64,000 nucleotides of DNA from an uncultured virus (IMG/VR IMGVR_UViG_3300031942_000002) (taxonomy: Duplodnaviria; Heunggongvirae; Uroviricota; Caudoviricetes). Positions 17,751-27,604 of this stretch are shown here, piece by piece. The position numbers were made by a program, and so were the translations under genes. Position 1 is the stretch's first letter. Every line of letters starts with the position of its first letter. Where the stretch lies: IMG/VR virus record IMGVR_UViG_3300031942_000002; one strand, written 5' to 3'. The notes beneath the pieces are model-generated. The model did no database searches, was not told the origin of the DNA, and worked only from the letters and a program-made list of their open reading frames with translations.

Positions 17751-18991
17751 GCGAGCTGGAACGGCGCCTGCTGGCCAATTTGACCAGCAATCGCGAGATG
17801 GTCACCGCGTGGGAGTTGGGGCTGCGCAGCGTGCACTTCACCGAGTTGGTGTGCAAGGCGATGTTCGACTTCATGGTCGACTACTGGCACACCGAGCAGC
17901 AGCGGATGATGCCAACGTTGGCCGTACTGACCAAGCAGTTCCCCGGCATCGAGCTGCCTATCGACGAGGACTTGTCCACCACCTGGGCTACCGAGCAGCT
18001 CAAAAACGACTTCGCTAACACCGCGATCCAGGAAAAGATGCTGGAAGGCGCCAAGATCGCGCATGCTGACCCACAGGAGGCGGTGCGCTTTCTGCGCAGT
18101 GAATTCCACTCCATGGCCGAGAATGTCACGCCCCGATATAGCCGATCTGATATGGCGCTCAACATCGTCGAGCGGCGCACCCGCTACCTAGAACGCGCCG
18201 AAGGCCAGCGCCGGGGTGTGACGCTGGGGATCCCCGCGCTCGACGACCACGTCGGCGGACTACTACCTGGCGAGCTGTGCGTGGTGGGCGCCTACTCCAA
18301 GACCGGCAAGACGATGTGGCTGGCCAACGTCGCGATCGCCGCCCGGCGCTCCGGCCTCGTGCCGATTTTCTTCAGCCTGGAAATGCCCAAGGAGGAGATC
18401 GAAGACCGGCTGGACGCCATGTTCAGCGGCATCAGCTATGACCGGCTGTCCAAGTCCAAGCTGAACATGGACGAGATGCGCCACCTGGCGGCGTGCCAGG
18501 AGGAGTTGGCCGATCTGGGTGGGCTTAAGGTCGAGGCCCCTGAGGAAGGCGACCGCACCGTGGCGGCCATCGTCAATCGGGCCCGCTACGCCGACGCGCC
18601 CTATCCGATCATCGACCAGCTGTCTTTTATGGAGCCCGCGCGGCGGGTGCGCGACCTCAAAGAGCACCACAGTGTGATCATGCGCCAGCTCAAAGCCGAG
18701 ATCGGTAGGGCGTCGGCGGGCAGGGTGCCGTGCGTGCTGGCCGTCCAGTTCAACCGGGAGAGCCAGCGCCGCCATGAGGGGGTGGGCCTGGACAGCTTCG
18801 CTAACGCCACCGAGGTGGAGGCGACGTCGGATCTGTGTCTGGGGCTGTGGCGTAACGCCGAGATGGAGCAGGCCAACCAGATGCAGATGCGGCTGCTAGG
18901 GGCCCGGCGATCGCGCACCGCCAGCTGGCTGTTGAACTGGCACCTGTTCGGGCGCACCGAGATTTCGATGGACAGGGTGTTAGACGAATGA
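17747..18991 (+). CDS. dnaB: DnaB-like replicative helicase
   Basis: GIPALD...GGLLPGEL, GAYSKTGKT, FFSLEM, IIDQL, AVQFNRES. Confidence 0.9.
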   Translation: MSELERRLLANLTSNREMVTAWELGLRSVHFTELVCKAMFDFMVDYWHTEQQRMMPTLAVLTKQFPGIELPIDEDLSTTWATEQLKNDFANTAIQEKMLEGAKIAHADPQEAVRFLRSEFHSMAENVTPRYSRSDMALNIVERRTRYLERAEGQRRGVTLGIPALDDHVGGLLPGELCVVGAYSKTGKTMWLANVAIAARRSGLVPIFFSLEMPKEEIEDRLDAMFSGISYDRLSKSKLNMDEMRHLAACQEELADLGGLKVEAPEEGDRTVAAIVNRARYADAPYPIIDQLSFMEPARRVRDLKEHHSVIMRQLKAEIGRASAGRVPCVLAVQFNRESQRRHEGVGLDSFANATEVEATSDLCLGLWRNAEMEQANQMQMRLLGARRSRTASWLLNWHLFGRTEISMDRVLDE

Positions 18992-20088
18992 TCACCGGCA
19001 TGCAGGCGTTGGCCGACGAGCGGCTGTACTACCGCTACCTGCACTCGCTGGACGCCCGCGAGGTCCTCGTCCACTACGGCGCCGAGCACGTCACCGAGCA
19101 GCCCGGCGAGGACGGTACCACCGAGCTGGTGCACAGCTGCCTGATCGACCGCGTCGAGCCGCACCACAGAAATCGCGATGCCAACCCGAGCGCGTCGGTC
19201 AACGTGGAGAAGCGCAAGTTCATCTGCTACGCGTCCCAGTGGCGCGGGGACCTCTTCCACCTGGTGATGAAGATGGAGGGCAAGGAGAGCTTCTCCGAGG
19301 CGCTGCTGGCCGTCTCCGACCTGATCCACGCGGGCCCCGACGACGACGAGACGTTCAAAGACAAGCTGGTGCGCACCATGGCCGCGCCGGGCGCCTACAC
19401 GGTGGCCCCGCCGTCCTACGGGGAGTCGATCCTCAATCCCTGGATCCAGTGGACGATGCCGCATCCCTACCTGACGTCGCGCGGCATCACCGAGGAAGCC
19501 GTCGAGATGTTGCATCTGGGATGGGATGAGGCCGACAACCGGATTGTGTTCCCGCATTTCTTCAAAGGCCAGCTGGTCGGCTTCCAGAAACGCGCCATCC
19601 CACCAGGCCCGTGGCCGGAGTCGGCTGAGCAGGACCCGAAGTACAAGTCCAGCCTGGGTTTCCCCAAAGCGGAGACGCTTTACGGCTACGACTACTGCCG
19701 CACCCGCAGCCTGATGGACATGCACAAGATGACACACGTGGTGGTGGTAGAGAGTCCGATGAGCGTGGCCAAGGCCTATTCGCTGGGGATCCCCTACGTG
19801 CTGGCCACTTTCGGCGCCAAGGTGACGCCCAGCCAGCTGGCACTGCTGCACGATTTCGCGTCGGTCACGGTGTGGTTCGACGACGACCCGGCCGGTCGCG
19901 CCGGGGAGCGCACCCTGGTCAATGGCCTGTCGGTGAGCAAGGTACTGGTGGTGGACCCCGAACCCGGCCGAGATCTGGGAGACTGTTCCACGAGAGAGGA
20001 AGTCCAGGCGATGTTGGACTCGGCCGTACCCGCATTCATGAAGCGGGCCCAATACGACGCCGAGAAGGTGCGGAAGGGGATGCGCTAA
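18988..20088 (+). CDS. DNA primase (zinc finger plus TOPRIM)
   Basis: C...H...D.NPS...FICY; YLTSRGI; RIVFP; PKYK; VVVES; WFDDDPAG. Confidence 0.85.
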   Translation: MITGMQALADERLYYRYLHSLDAREVLVHYGAEHVTEQPGEDGTTELVHSCLIDRVEPHHRNRDANPSASVNVEKRKFICYASQWRGDLFHLVMKMEGKESFSEALLAVSDLIHAGPDDDETFKDKLVRTMAAPGAYTVAPPSYGESILNPWIQWTMPHPYLTSRGITEEAVEMLHLGWDEADNRIVFPHFFKGQLVGFQKRAIPPGPWPESAEQDPKYKSSLGFPKAETLYGYDYCRTRSLMDMHKMTHVVVVESPMSVAKAYSLGIPYVLATFGAKVTPSQLALLHDFASVTVWFDDDPAGRAGERTLVNGLSVSKVLVVDPEPGRDLGDCSTREEVQAMLDSAVPAFMKRAQYDAEKVRKGMR

Positions 20089-20325
20089 ATGGATCCCGTG
20101 GAACACACCCTGTCTGACGGTTACAAGGTCCACTATCACCCCGACACCGGCCGGGTGGTCCTGCAGCCGGGTCAGAGCCGCCTGCGCGAGCGTTTGACTG
20201 AGGCCCATGGTGAGAACCTCAAAGCGCATCAAGAGCTGGCAGAACGCCACAGGGGGCTGGTAAAGCGCCGCCGGGAGAGTCTGGCCGCTCACCCGATCGT
20301 TCCGCACAGTAAAAGGGTGGTTTGA
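20089..20325 (+). CDS. hypothetical protein
   Basis: Fills gap between primase and J-domain genes, coupled. Confidence 0.55.
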   Translation: MDPVEHTLSDGYKVHYHPDTGRVVLQPGQSRLRERLTEAHGENLKAHQELAERHRGLVKRRRESLAAHPIVPHSKRVV

Positions 20326-21350
20326 TGGGCCGGATCCCCCACATCCACGAGATTCTGGGGACCGATGACGGCGATCGCTTTCTGCGCCACCCCAGCAGCG
20401 CCAACGACCTGTACCGCTCCCTGGTGGGTCACCCCGGCCGCGACAGCATCCAGGCGGCCCTCGGTATTGGTCCCGAGCCCGAGGCGCCGTGGGACGTCTA
20501 CGGGCCCGACTTCATCGAGCCAGAGAACCTGCCCGCCACCCCGGTCTGGGTGGCCAGTCAGCGCGCGGAAGAATTCTTCAGCTCGCGCGACCACTGTCCC
20601 GGCGTGGGTTACCCCAGCTGCGCGCGGGCGCTGATGCGCATCCCCCGCAAGATCGGCTTGGATGCCAACGGTTACTACCGGCTGCTGGGCGTGCGCCCCG
20701 ATGCCACCGAGGCCGAGATCCGCAAGGCGCTGGCCACCAAGTACCGGCGCACCCACCCCGACACCGGCTGGGCGCCCGACACCGAGGAGTTCATGTACCT
20801 GCGCGAGATCGCCAGGGTGCTGCTCAACCCCCAGCGCCGGGAGCGTTACGACAACCTGCGCTCGGGCGAGAAGTGGGTGGACAGCCGGATCCGCAAGAAG
20901 ATCGAGGCCGACAACCCGATCGTGATGTCGATGAACGCCGAGGACCTCAGCCCGTTCTTCAAGCGCGTCGAGCAGCCCGACGAGGAGATCATCAACGATC
21001 TGGGGCGCACCGACGGCCGGATAGGCGACGGTGGGGTCTTTGCCCAGGACCGCTCCCAGGCTATGCGCGCTGCCGACACCGCGTCGGGCAACGACCACTG
21101 GGATTGGTTCTCCGAGGGCGAGCACTACACCGACCGGCTTGTCGCCCAGCTGTGGTATTTCCACCTTATGGCGCTGGCTCCGATGTTCCGCTACACCCGA
21201 GCGATCAGAGTGCAGCTGACCAATGACCGCAGGCCCACGTGGTCGGACATGGGCAACATCGTGCGCATCCCCAGATTCTGGAAACCCACGTCCGGAAACT
21301 CTTTCGCACTGTTTACCTGCGTGGTAGCGTCGATCGCACCGGGAAATTGA
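20325..21350 (+). CDS. J-domain (DnaJ-like) protein
   Basis: YYRLLGV...ATEAEIRKA...HPD...F...VLLNP.RR..YD, internal J domain. Confidence 0.85.
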   Translation: MGRIPHIHEILGTDDGDRFLRHPSSANDLYRSLVGHPGRDSIQAALGIGPEPEAPWDVYGPDFIEPENLPATPVWVASQRAEEFFSSRDHCPGVGYPSCARALMRIPRKIGLDANGYYRLLGVRPDATEAEIRKALATKYRRTHPDTGWAPDTEEFMYLREIARVLLNPQRRERYDNLRSGEKWVDSRIRKKIEADNPIVMSMNAEDLSPFFKRVEQPDEEIINDLGRTDGRIGDGGVFAQDRSQAMRAADTASGNDHWDWFSEGEHYTDRLVAQLWYFHLMALAPMFRYTRAIRVQLTNDRRPTWSDMGNIVRIPRFWKPTSGNSFALFTCVVASIAPGN

Positions 21351-21405
21351 AAACGCAAAGCTGATCCCGGCTTTTTTGGTGAAACTCGGAAAAAGGACAA
21401 CGGAA

Positions 21406-22467
21406 ATGCAAACTGGTTTTGGCGCGCTGGAACAAACACTGAAGGAAGCGGCCGCGCGCGGGGATTTCACCCCCGGCCTGGACTACTTCAAGATCGCGGA
21501 CGGCGAATCGATATTCGTTCGCTTCCTCACCGACGACATCATCACCAGCGACTTCGCGGTGAATGTCCGTTGTGCCAACGGGAAGTACCAGGATTTCCTG
21601 GTACCCGATCCCCAACAGAACCTGGTCAATCGCTACGTCCAGCCTGGCGGCTGGGACGGCAAATGCGTCAAGCGGACCATCGGTGTGGGTGTGGCCCGGC
21701 GCCAGAAGATGGTGCAGCCCACGCCGGGCAGCGACACCCGCCCCACCTTCGAGCTGGAAGACGACACCTACCAGCGCCCCGATGGGCTGTGGGCCCGCAA
21801 ATTCATCGTGTTCAAGCAGGGGCACAACAACTTCTGGGACCAGATGGTCGGCTTCTTCGGCATGTACCGCACCATCATGGATCGCGACTACCGGATCACC
21901 CGGCGCGGCGAGAAGCTGGAAACCAAGTACACCATCGTGCCGGTGGATCCCACCCCCAGCGACCCGCTGCGTGATCCCAAGGTGGTCATCGAGTACTACG
22001 GCTACGGGCGCCCATGGGATGGCAACGCCAACGATCGTTACATGTACTGCCCACAGACCGCCAAGGAGTTCGCCGACGACTATGGCAGCGAGCGCCGCAT
22101 CAAATTCTGGCTGGTGGGCGAGCAGCAGCAACAGCAGACGCAGGCCAGCAGCGGTCCGCCGCAGATCCCGATGCCCGGTCAGCCGATCCCGGCGCCCGCA
22201 CTCTCATCGCCGGGAGGCTGGGGTAACGGTGCGACGACCGAGGCCCAGGACGGTATCGGCGAATTCGACCGGGCCACCACGCACAATCCGGAACCGGCGC
22301 CGTCGGCTCCTCCGGCGATCCCGCTGCCCGGGGTGCCAACGCCAGCTGCCGCCCCGGCTCCCGAGACGCAGGTGGCACCGGCCGAGGACCAGTCCTTCGA
22401 GTCGCTGCGGGCACGCATGCAGGGCCACGCCAAGCAGCATGCTACCGAGCAGCAGCAGACCACCTAA
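21406..22467 (+). CDS. probable ssDNA-binding protein (gp32-like)
   Basis: YFKIADGESIFVRFL...DRDYRITRRG...TKYTI; Pro/Gln-rich tail; just upstream of polymerase. Confidence 0.65.
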   Translation: MQTGFGALEQTLKEAAARGDFTPGLDYFKIADGESIFVRFLTDDIITSDFAVNVRCANGKYQDFLVPDPQQNLVNRYVQPGGWDGKCVKRTIGVGVARRQKMVQPTPGSDTRPTFELEDDTYQRPDGLWARKFIVFKQGHNNFWDQMVGFFGMYRTIMDRDYRITRRGEKLETKYTIVPVDPTPSDPLRDPKVVIEYYGYGRPWDGNANDRYMYCPQTAKEFADDYGSERRIKFWLVGEQQQQQTQASSGPPQIPMPGQPIPAPALSSPGGWGNGATTEAQDGIGEFDRATTHNPEPAPSAPPAIPLPGVPTPAAAPAPETQVAPAEDQSFESLRARMQGHAKQHATEQQQTT

Positions 22468-22482
22468 TCCTGCTATCCCCGC

Positions 22483-25400
22483 ATGGAACAGGTGGCGGCG
22501 GCCCCGGGATATGGGGATAACCCGGGGCCCCCCGAACCAGAGGATCAGGTTGGCTTTCACAACCATTCGGAGGGCTCATTTCTCGACGGCTTCTCCAAAG
22601 TCGGCCAGATCGCTCGGCGGGCCCGCGAGCTGCGCCAGAGCGCGGTGGCGCTCACCGACCACGGCGAGGTCAACCAGCACCTGGCATTCCAGAAGGCCTG
22701 CCGCGCCGAGGGGGTGCGGCCGATCTTCGGGATGGAAGGCTATTGGTGTTCCAACATCGCCAAAGCGCGGGAGGAGAAGAATCCCACCGGCAACACCAGT
22801 CATTTGTGCCTGATCGCCAAGAATCAGGAGGGGCTGCGCAACCTGTGGGCGCTGTCGTCCACCGCATATGACGCCAAGCACTTCTACAACAAGCCGCTGG
22901 CCGATCCGGAGCTGCTGAGCCAGCACGCGGCTGGCCTCTACGCCAGCGACGGTTGCATGCTGACCGGGCTGAACCGGGCGGTGGTGGCCGGTGACGAGGA
23001 CCTGGCCCGGTTGTACATGGGCGGGTTGCACGAGATCTTCCGCGAGAATTTCTACGTGGAACTGCATACCTGGCAGTACATGGAGCTGCCTGATATCCCG
23101 CCTGAGGTGGTGGTGCTGGACGCCAACGGCAACCCGTGGCTGCCCGGCGACACCGAGGAGATGATCACCGCCGCGCAGCGCCGCCGGGAGATCATCGACC
23201 AGCACCGGCTTAACGCCGAGATGACCCAGCTGAACCAGGCCAAGGTTCGCCTGGCCACCGAAATGGGCATCCCGATGGTGGTGGTCAACGATTCCCATTA
23301 CGCCTATCCCGGGCACTGGCGCTACAAGGAGCTGGTGTGGGGTTTTAGGGCCGACTCCAATCCCGATCAGGCCGAGGTCAGCGGGCAGAAGGCCGACTGG
23401 CTGATGAGCGAGAGCGAGCTGCACTTCTGGATGAAGCGGCACGGCGTCAGCCGGGAGATCGTGTCCGAGGCCATCAAGCACTCCGCGCATATGGCCGAGC
23501 AGTGCGACGTGGTGATCAAGCCCATGCTGGGCATGCCGCTGTTCACCAAGAGCGAGGCCGATGACTGGGAGACGTTCCTGGACCTGGTGGAGAAAGGCTT
23601 CCGCGACCGGGTGGAGCGCGGCGGGCTGGACCGCGACCTGTACTGGCGCCGGATGGAGTCCGAGCTGCAGGTCATCTGCGACAAGCGGTTCGCCGGGTAC
23701 TTCCTGATCGTCACCGACTACGTGCGCGCCGCCCGCGACGGCAGCTGGGCGCAGTACGTGCTGGGCACCGGGCCCCAGCCGATGATGATCGGGCCCGGCC
23801 GGGGCTCGGTGGGCGGCTCCCTAGTGGCCTGGCTGCTGGGCATCACCAGCATCGACCCGATCAAATACGGACTGCTGTTTGAGCGCTTCCTGATCCCCGA
23901 ACGCACCGGCTTCCCCGACATCGACATCGACTTCCCGCGCTCCAAGCGGGCGGGCATGAAGGAGTACGTCAAGCACCGCTGGGGACACGACCACGTGTGC
24001 TCCATCTGCACGATGAGCCGCAACCAGGCCCGAGGCACCGTCAAAGACATCGGTCGGATGCTGGGCATCGACTACAAGGAACTGGAAGACATCGGCAAGA
24101 TCGTCGAGCGCATCACCGCCGCCGAGATCGAAGAGGAGGAGTCGGCCGAGGAGGACGTCCGCAGCTGGGAGGAGGTCATCGAAGACCACCGCAAGGAGAT
24201 TGGTCCCTACATGGACAGGCACCCCAAGCTGTTCGAGGATCTCGACAAGATGTTCGGAGTGATCCGCCAGACCGGGGTGCACGCCGCCGCCGTGCTGATC
24301 AGCGATCAGTCGCTGGCCGGTGGGACGCTGCCGACCCGGGTCAAGAACAACACGCTGACGACGCAGTTTGACATGTATGACGTCGAGGAGCTGGGCGGGC
24401 TAAAAGGCGATTTTCTGGCGCTGCGCCACCTGGATGCGCTGCAGATCGCCGCCGACCTGGCCAAGGAACGCCACGATGCCGACATCGACTACGAGGCATT
24501 CGACGAGCGCCACTATGAGGATCCGGTCATCTGGACCCAGATCGACGAAGGGCAGACCGTTGGCATCTTCCAGCTGGGCACACCCGGTGGAACTGAGTCT
24601 GCGATCGAGTTTCGGCCGCGCAGCATGGTTGAAGTCGCTGACCTCATCTCCATCAACCGCCCCGGTGTGCGCGATGCGGGTCTCTACCACGCGTACCTAC
24701 GCCGTCGAGCTGGCGTTGAGTCGGTTGTCTACCAGCACCCGATGATGGAGCCGATCACCCAGAGCACGTTCGGCATCCTGGTTTACCAGGAGCAGCTGAT
24801 GGAAGCCTCTCGGGAGCTGGCCGGGTTCAGCCAGTCGGAGTCCTCGGATCTGCAGAAGGCGGTCGGTAAGAAGATCATGGCCAAAGTGCTGGCCATGAAG
24901 GAGAAGTTCATCGATGGCTGCCGCACCCATTCGGGGATTCCGGCGCCGGTGGCCGCTGACATCTGGCGCTCCATCGAAGCCTCCGGCCGGTACTGCTTCA
25001 ACAAGAGCCACGCGCTGGGCTACGCCATGATCGCGGCCTGGGAGATCTGGATGAAGCATTATTACCCGGCCGAGATGCTGGTCGGCTTCATGCGGGTGGA
25101 CGAGGCCAAGCGCAACTACTTCGTGCGCGACGCCCGGCGCAAAGGGCTGACCATCCTGCCGCCCGACATCAACGAGTCGCGGGTGACGTTCCGTATCGAA
25201 GGGCAGACCATCCGCTACGGGCTAGACGCCATCCATGGCGTGGGTGAAGTCAACGCCCGGGCGCTGGTGGCTGCGCAGCCCTATAGCTCGTTCAACGACT
25301 ATCTGGCGCGCGCCGGGAAAGGCGCCTACAAAGCCTGTGCGGTCAACCTGGTGAAGATCGGGGCACTGGACGAGTTCGGCGACCGCACCGCCATGCTGCG

Positions 25401-25950
25401 CGAGATCGAGTACCGCTGGGCGGGCAAGGACATCGGGCCCGGCAAGTGGGCCAAGGCTAGCCCGGCTGAGCGCGACGCGCTGGTGGCCGACAAGATCGCC
25501 AAGTACCCCAAGCGGTTTCAGATCGAGGTCCCCGACTTCGCTAACGACGAGGTGCTCTACCAGATCGAGCAGCAGCTGGTCGGCAGCTTCGTCACCATCG
25601 ATCCGATGGGTGCCTATGTGCGCGCCATCGACGCCGAAGCGATCCGCAACCCATCGCAGATCCGCAAATATCTGCCCGGCCAGGAGCTGGTGATCGGCGG
25701 GCAGATCGTCAAGATCCGCAAGACTAAGACGAAGAAAGGCCGCAACCCGGGCTCCGAGATGGCGTTCATCGGGGTGGAATGGCAGGGCGACACCTACGAT
25801 ATTGTGGTGTTCCCGGGCCCGTGGGAGCGGTACAAATACTCCATCGAGATGGGCAAGCCGGTGATCTGTGAATGCGAGCGCCTAGACAATGGCGTGTGTC
25901 TTAGCAATTTGTATCGACTGGACAAGATATGGGATGAGTATGGCAACTAA
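22483..25950 (+). CDS. dnaE: DNA polymerase III alpha subunit
   Basis: PHP motifs HNHS..S.LDG, LTDHG, NDSHY; GPGRGS; PDIDIDF; GVHAAAV; GIFQL; YQEQLM; FNKSH; C-terminal OB. Confidence 0.97.
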   Translation: MEQVAAAPGYGDNPGPPEPEDQVGFHNHSEGSFLDGFSKVGQIARRARELRQSAVALTDHGEVNQHLAFQKACRAEGVRPIFGMEGYWCSNIAKAREEKNPTGNTSHLCLIAKNQEGLRNLWALSSTAYDAKHFYNKPLADPELLSQHAAGLYASDGCMLTGLNRAVVAGDEDLARLYMGGLHEIFRENFYVELHTWQYMELPDIPPEVVVLDANGNPWLPGDTEEMITAAQRRREIIDQHRLNAEMTQLNQAKVRLATEMGIPMVVVNDSHYAYPGHWRYKELVWGFRADSNPDQAEVSGQKADWLMSESELHFWMKRHGVSREIVSEAIKHSAHMAEQCDVVIKPMLGMPLFTKSEADDWETFLDLVEKGFRDRVERGGLDRDLYWRRMESELQVICDKRFAGYFLIVTDYVRAARDGSWAQYVLGTGPQPMMIGPGRGSVGGSLVAWLLGITSIDPIKYGLLFERFLIPERTGFPDIDIDFPRSKRAGMKEYVKHRWGHDHVCSICTMSRNQARGTVKDIGRMLGIDYKELEDIGKIVERITAAEIEEEESAEEDVRSWEEVIEDHRKEIGPYMDRHPKLFEDLDKMFGVIRQTGVHAAAVLISDQSLAGGTLPTRVKNNTLTTQFDMYDVEELGGLKGDFLALRHLDALQIAADLAKERHDADIDYEAFDERHYEDPVIWTQIDEGQTVGIFQLGTPGGTESAIEFRPRSMVEVADLISINRPGVRDAGLYHAYLRRRAGVESVVYQHPMMEPITQSTFGILVYQEQLMEASRELAGFSQSESSDLQKAVGKKIMAKVLAMKEKFIDGCRTHSGIPAPVAADIWRSIEASGRYCFNKSHALGYAMIAAWEIWMKHYYPAEMLVGFMRVDEAKRNYFVRDARRKGLTILPPDINESRVTFRIEGQTIRYGLDAIHGVGEVNARALVAAQPYSSFNDYLARAGKGAYKACAVNLVKIGALDEFGDRTAMLREIEYRWAGKDIGPGKWAKASPAERDALVADKIAKYPKRFQIEVPDFANDEVLYQIEQQLVGSFVTIDPMGAYVRAIDAEAIRNPSQIRKYLPGQELVIGGQIVKIRKTKTKKGRNPGSEMAFIGVEWQGDTYDIVVFPGPWERYKYSIEMGKPVICECERLDNGVCLSNLYRLDKIWDEYGN

Positions 25951-26137
25951 AGACCAGGTCGCGAATTTCGGCGTGGTGCTCGGGGATCTTGTGCAGCAGC
26001 GGACGACCTTCCGGCCGTCGGTGGCGTTGTGCAACGAGTTCGCGATGAAGATTCTGGCCGAAGCGAGGCAGGCCGGGGAGATCAGCTGGGTGGGGGACCC
26101 CGATGCGCCACGGGTCCTCGACGAAGATTTCGGCTGA
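25940..26137 (+). CDS. small hypothetical protein
   Basis: Between dnaE and recA, TGATG-coupled. Confidence 0.5.
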   Translation: MATKDQVANFGVVLGDLVQQRTTFRPSVALCNEFAMKILAEARQAGEISWVGDPDAPRVLDEDFG

Positions 26138-27249
26138 TGGCGGCCAAGCCGGAGGCGCAGAAGATCCACGATGCGATGGCCGAAAAATTCGGCCCGCGCT
26201 CGGTGATGATGGCCTCGCAGATGCCGCGCTACCCCAAGTATTCGACCGGCTCCATCTCGCTGGATCTGGCCACCGGCTGCGGCGGCTGGCCATCCGACCG
26301 CATGGTGGAGGTGTTCGGCGCCGAGCAATGCGGCAAGACCACGCTGGGGCTGCTGGGCATGAGCAACTTCCTCGACGCTCAGCCCAAGCGCGGCGCGCTG
26401 ATTTTGGATACCGAGCACAAGTTGGACGTCGAGTGGCTGGCCACCCTGGTGGGTGAGGAGCGCCTGGACAAGCGCATCATCTACTCCCAGCCCGACGATA
26501 TCGAGCAGGCCTGTGAGATCTACAAAGAGGCGGTGAAAAGCGGCTTCGTGTGTTTCGTGCTGTTCGACTCCATCGCCAGCGCGATCACCCGCAAGTCGAT
26601 GGACACCGAGAAAGACGAGATGACCGGCAACGCCCGCCAAATGGCGCGCTTCGCTCCGATCATGGCCAATCTCACCGCCAAGTACCAATGCTGCACCTAC
26701 GCCGTCAACCAGACTCGCGATGACGTTGCGGGTTTTCATCGCATCATCACGCCCGGCGGGCACGCCCCTAAGCACAACGCGGTGATGCGGGTGTATCTCA
26801 AGAAAGCCAAAGGCGAAGTCTTCGAGGACATCAACGGCGAGCGCGTCAAAGTCGGCGGTACGGTGGCGGCGAAAATCGTCAAAAACCAGGCCGGGGGCAT
26901 CGAGGGCCGCACCTGCCAGTGGTGGTTTATGTCGGTGCGCACCGAGAAGTGGGGCTTCGGTGTCGACCAGGCCGAGGAGATCGCCCGGCTGGGCGCCATG
27001 ACGTCGATCGTCACCCGCAAGGGCGCCTGGTATCACCACCCGTCTTTACCTGACGGGAAGATCTGCGGCGCCGATCAGTTCTCGGCGCACATCAAAGCCC
27101 ATCCCGAGCTGCAGGCGCAGCTGCGGGTGGCGATCATCGAGCAGCTGCGCGACCGGGTGTCCGAGGTAGCCCCGGTGCAGAATCCCAACGATCTGGACGA
27201 AGCGCCGGTGGCTGAGTTGTTCCGCCAGGGGGTGTTTGGGGAGGAATGA
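26137..27249 (+). CDS. recA: RecA recombinase
   Basis: STGSISLDLATG.GG.P..R, GAEQCGKTT, DTEH, SQPD, DSIA, NQTR, TPGG, VKN. Confidence 0.95.
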   Translation: MAAKPEAQKIHDAMAEKFGPRSVMMASQMPRYPKYSTGSISLDLATGCGGWPSDRMVEVFGAEQCGKTTLGLLGMSNFLDAQPKRGALILDTEHKLDVEWLATLVGEERLDKRIIYSQPDDIEQACEIYKEAVKSGFVCFVLFDSIASAITRKSMDTEKDEMTGNARQMARFAPIMANLTAKYQCCTYAVNQTRDDVAGFHRIITPGGHAPKHNAVMRVYLKKAKGEVFEDINGERVKVGGTVAAKIVKNQAGGIEGRTCQWWFMSVRTEKWGFGVDQAEEIARLGAMTSIVTRKGAWYHHPSLPDGKICGADQFSAHIKAHPELQAQLRVAIIEQLRDRVSEVAPVQNPNDLDEAPVAELFRQGVFGEE

Positions 27250-27250
27250 G

Positions 27251-27604
27251 ATGGCACCTCTGTGGAAGACGTTCGAGCGCTACGTGCAGCAGCTGTTGCG
27301 CTTAGATTCCACGCCGGGCAGTGGCAACCAGTTCTACGCACGCGGGGACGCCGTCGACACCCGGCACCCGGCACAGACCGCATTCCCGATGCTGGCCGAC
27401 TGCAAATGCACCGAGAAAGGCTCGTTCAGTCTCAACCACGCGTTTCTGCTGGCCGAGAGTGAGCGCGCTGACTACCTGGGCCAGCGGTTCGTTATTCCAA
27501 TTCGCTTTATCACAGGTAGTGCAGTTGATGACTACATTGTGCTGAGGCTCAACGACTTCGCGGAACTGCTCGACCTGGCGCGGCGAACGGAGGAAGTTCC
27601 ATGA
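27251..27604 (+). CDS. PD-(D/E)XK Holliday junction resolvase-like nuclease
   Basis: FER...PGSGN...GD...DCKCTEK.SFS. Confidence 0.65.
   Translation: MAPLWKTFERYVQQLLRLDSTPGSGNQFYARGDAVDTRHPAQTAFPMLADCKCTEKGSFSLNHAFLLAESERADYLGQRFVIPIRFITGSAVDDYIVLRLNDFAELLDLARRTEEVP

Noticed and set aside
10221..20307. Long antisense ORFs such as 10221..11393, 16335..17534 and 18601..20307
   Set aside because: Shadow frames of GC3-rich genes with clear motifs on the opposite strand
22483..27249. Inteins in DnaE or RecA
   Set aside because: Lengths are normal and no splice-junction or LAGLIDADG blocks seen
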